Shown here piece by piece: positions 61,562 to 64,000 of a stretch of 64,000 nt of DNA (the first letter of the stretch is position 1; the number at the start of each line of letters is the position of its first letter). The translations under genes were made by a program, and so were the position numbers. Source of the DNA: Trypanosoma brucei (Eukaryota); NCBI GenBank assembly GCA_000002445.1, contig CP000066.1, forward strand, positions 1,312,001-1,376,000, given 5' to 3'. The notes under the pieces were generated by a model. It did not search any database. It saw only the letters and a program-made list of their open reading frames with translations, and was not told where the DNA came from.

Positions 61562-64000
61562 ACCTAACTAGCTTCAAGGGAAGGCATTTAGCAAACAAAC
61601 AAACATACAAAAGGATATATTGCCTAAAATGGTCGCGCAGCGAATGAATTGCTGAGACAAAGACTCCCAAACTATACCCCCTCTGGGATCAAGTAGGAAA
61701 TGAACATACTGTGGGATACTCGCGTTGGATCCGCCTCCTGTGAACCAGTATTTTCCATACGAGATGGCTGCTTTAGCGAAAAACCGACGAAGCAGTTCAC
61801 ATGCGTACACGGAGATGCGCACGCCGAGGTCAACCCTGGCTGGCCCGCTCCAGAACCGACTCCCAGTGCTGCCGCTGCAGAGAAGAGGGGAGAACGGCGA
61901 TGAATTCAGCGTGAGAACCCAGTTTACAATACCGTGGTGGGGCTCCTCCTACGCTACTTTGCCCACAAAAGCAGCCACACTCAACGCCTCCAGGCACGTG
62001 GAGGAAAATAAAGAAAGGTAAGAATCTCTTCTAACCCGAGACGGTGGCTCCACAGACCCTCAGCCTACTTCTAGCAACCAACGCAGTCGAGGACGGTAAT
62101 GAGAGGGAGGAAGCAGCCCGTTCACAATCAGCTCCAGGAAGCAAGAAAGACCTCGTAACCGCTGCTCCGAGTCGGGTGCCCACACGGGCAAAACTCCGCG
62201 CACCCTTTCGGGCCTCGGCACAGACCCAGTGCGATTCCCCATCCCACCTCTCCCAAAAAGTCCACCAGTGCGCTGTGCTTTCCACCTGACCACAGTCGTC
62301 CTGTTGCCAATATAACCCATTTCTTAAGGGAAGCCCCGTCGTCCACAGTTAAAAAGACGGCGTGTGGTCGTAGCGCCATGGGACTCTCCATATCTGTGCC
62401 TGCTGCTGAAATGCTCGCCCCGGCGATTGCCGTCCCTACAGCAGGCTCGTCTATTCAGTGAAAAAGAGAGGGGAGTTGGCATGTTGCGTGTGTGTGTCGG
62501 GGCTCAGTGCCTTCGTTGCTCCTTTGGGATTTCAGTATCAGTTTTTTACTCTCAGCACGCGCGTCGGCCACGCATAGGCCGCCTTTCCCGTTGGGGCGGC
62601 GTTCGCGCCCTTCTTTGAACGGGGTCGGCTTTACCCCTTTATCGTTTCCGTTTTTTTTTTTTCGAGGCTTCCTCCAGCCATATGTTCTGAGGATGGGTGT
62701 TGGGTACAAACTTCGTTGAAGTACCTGCTTAAGGTTCCTATTTTTTAGTTGTTTATCCCCCAAGTGGGGGTTACCTCGTCTGCGCCTTTGCCTGTGTGGG
62801 GCGCGGAAGACGGGACGGCTTACGACGGAGAGAGGTGCTCCTTTACAGGGGTAGAACGTTGCCAAACTTTTACTGTTTAGCCAAATCTTTTTGGTATATA
62901 TTTTGAGTATTAATTACCCTTTGGAGTGTGCACGTGTTGTTTTCCTTCACTTATACGCGTGTTCCCCGACTTCCAACTGTTGTGCAAGTCTCTTCCTTGG
63001 TTATTAAAAAAACACTAGTGGTTACAAGTTGCTTTACCATATCCTTACCGGTTGTTTTATTAAGGTGGTTCCGTTCAATTATGCGCGTAAGATGACGTGA
63101 TGTATTTATGTAATACGCATAGGCTTGTGTAAATGTGGTTTTCCACAATTCCCACAAATGTGTTACTGTGGATAGTTGTTTTTGTTCCGTTACGCTTCTT
63201 TGTTTTTAGACTATCGCGCACGTCACGGTTTAGGTCGCTTCCACTGCTCTTGTTGTTGTTGCAACGTCCTCGGCTATCTTCTTTGTATTGATAAGTGCGC
63301 CCGTCCGTCATAGCTAACCTGGTTGTTGTTAAGGGTTGTCAAATCTACCTATGCTTAGTACTTTATGCATTTAGGATATGCGCAGAACTGAACTTACTTC
63401 GTTTTTGCTGCCTCATTTGCCGATTCAGCACAGATGGGATGCTTTGCGTCTGCTTCATGGGGTGTGGAGGTGACGGTTTTTAGGTAACAGCCGACCTGCG
63501 TTTCTTTGTACCACTCTTTGGAGGACGACACTCCCTTTTTTGTGTCGCTGGGAGAAAGCGAGTAGTCGGAAAAACGAATGGTTCGCATCAGCGGTTGTTT
63601 ACTTCTTCAGTTTTGTTGTTTGTCACCCCCGTTTATGTGGCTGTTCGTGCAGATTTGTGCTTGTGGTAACCTGTGGAATGGTGGGCAAATCAGTAAAATC
63701 GTAGCGGTTGAGCCGTTTTAGCGCACATTTGGTGATTTCTTATGAGCAGTTTATAATAGGGGGTAAAGAGTGTTTCTGCCCCTTACGTCATAGGGTGGTT
63801 GTGCCTGTGGCGATGGTGCAGGACGGAATATTCTAGGTAACTTCTGGTTGTTCCGTGCTGCTAACCATATGGGGGAAATGCATGTTTGATTCTCTTGTTG
63901 GTTGTATTTAACAGCAAGTGATAACTTTGTCTGTTTCTTGTCATCATTTTCGAAGGTGACTGTTCCACTGAAATGTGATATTTTGCCGCCGACTTCGCCC
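61562..64000. promoter_or_regulatory. Gene-free region with a strand-composition switch; candidate divergent strand-switch / RNA Pol II transcription start region
   Basis: No ORF over 140 aa on either strand. The plus strand is C/A-rich at about 61900-62330 (GT-rich on the minus coding strand, immediately upstream of the minus-strand PTU). The plus strand becomes G/T-rich from about 62500 to 64000 (gtggttccgttcaattatgcgcg..., ttgttgttgttgcaacgtcc..., ggttgttgttaagggttgtc). Confidence 0.35.

Noticed and set aside
1-64000. Prokaryotic-style novel defence/CRISPR/mobile-element system suggested by the prompt
   Set aside because: The sequence is eukaryotic (trypanosomatid): unidirectional long ORFs with kilobase low-complexity spacers, a eukaryote-only gene set (GINS, USP5, NAP, AIP1, CDK, MAP2K) and no CRISPR-like spacer arrays. 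The 10-kb periodicity is a segmental gene duplication, not a repeat-spacer array. No retroelement (ingi/RIME/SLACS) hallmarks such as long poly(A)-terminated units or RT/endonuclease ORFs were seen.

Overview
This window is a trypanosomatid nuclear locus; the gene order and content fit Trypanosoma brucei chromosome 3 from about Tb927.3.4630 (UGGT) to about Tb927.3.4870 (COQ7). The gene IDs are recalled from memory and were not checked against a database.

All 27 supportable protein-coding genes lie on the minus strand, so the window is one polycistronic transcription unit read right to left. Intergenic regions are low-complexity, with (TA)n microsatellites, purine/pyrimidine tracts and G-homopolymers.

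Recognisable products, left to right: UGGT (partial, runs off the window start), a VIT1/CCC1 iron transporter, an ERG2/sigma-1-receptor-like sterol isomerase, AIP1/WDR1, a CDK-family kinase, Rab-GDI, a DTW-domain protein with a C-terminal zinc finger, a zinc-ribbon protein and a Ser-rich hypothetical. After the duplicated block (below) come a coiled-coil protein, GINS Sld5, a PlsC acyltransferase, a hypothetical, a USP5-like deubiquitinase, enoyl-CoA hydratase, a MAP2K, a hypothetical, a NAP/SET protein and COQ7.

The dominant structure is an 8,210-bp near-identical direct duplication (22366-30575 and 32390-40599, period 10,024 bp). Each copy carries four genes: a dynamin-like protein (DLP), LRRC6/TILB (LRTP-like), a Rossmann-fold hypothetical and an M1 aminopeptidase. 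The two copies are identical except for patchy differences inside the DLP ORFs, which matches the known TbDLP1/TbDLP2 pair.

The 1.8-kb spacer between the copies looks like a decayed pseudogene copy of the coiled-coil gene that lies upstream of copy 2. The right 2.4 kb of the window is gene-free and shows a strand-composition switch (CA-rich, then GT-rich on the plus strand) typical of a divergent strand-switch region.

No prokaryotic-type systems (CRISPR, defence islands, mobile elements) are present. Everything here is eye and hand translation only; nothing was searched or computed.
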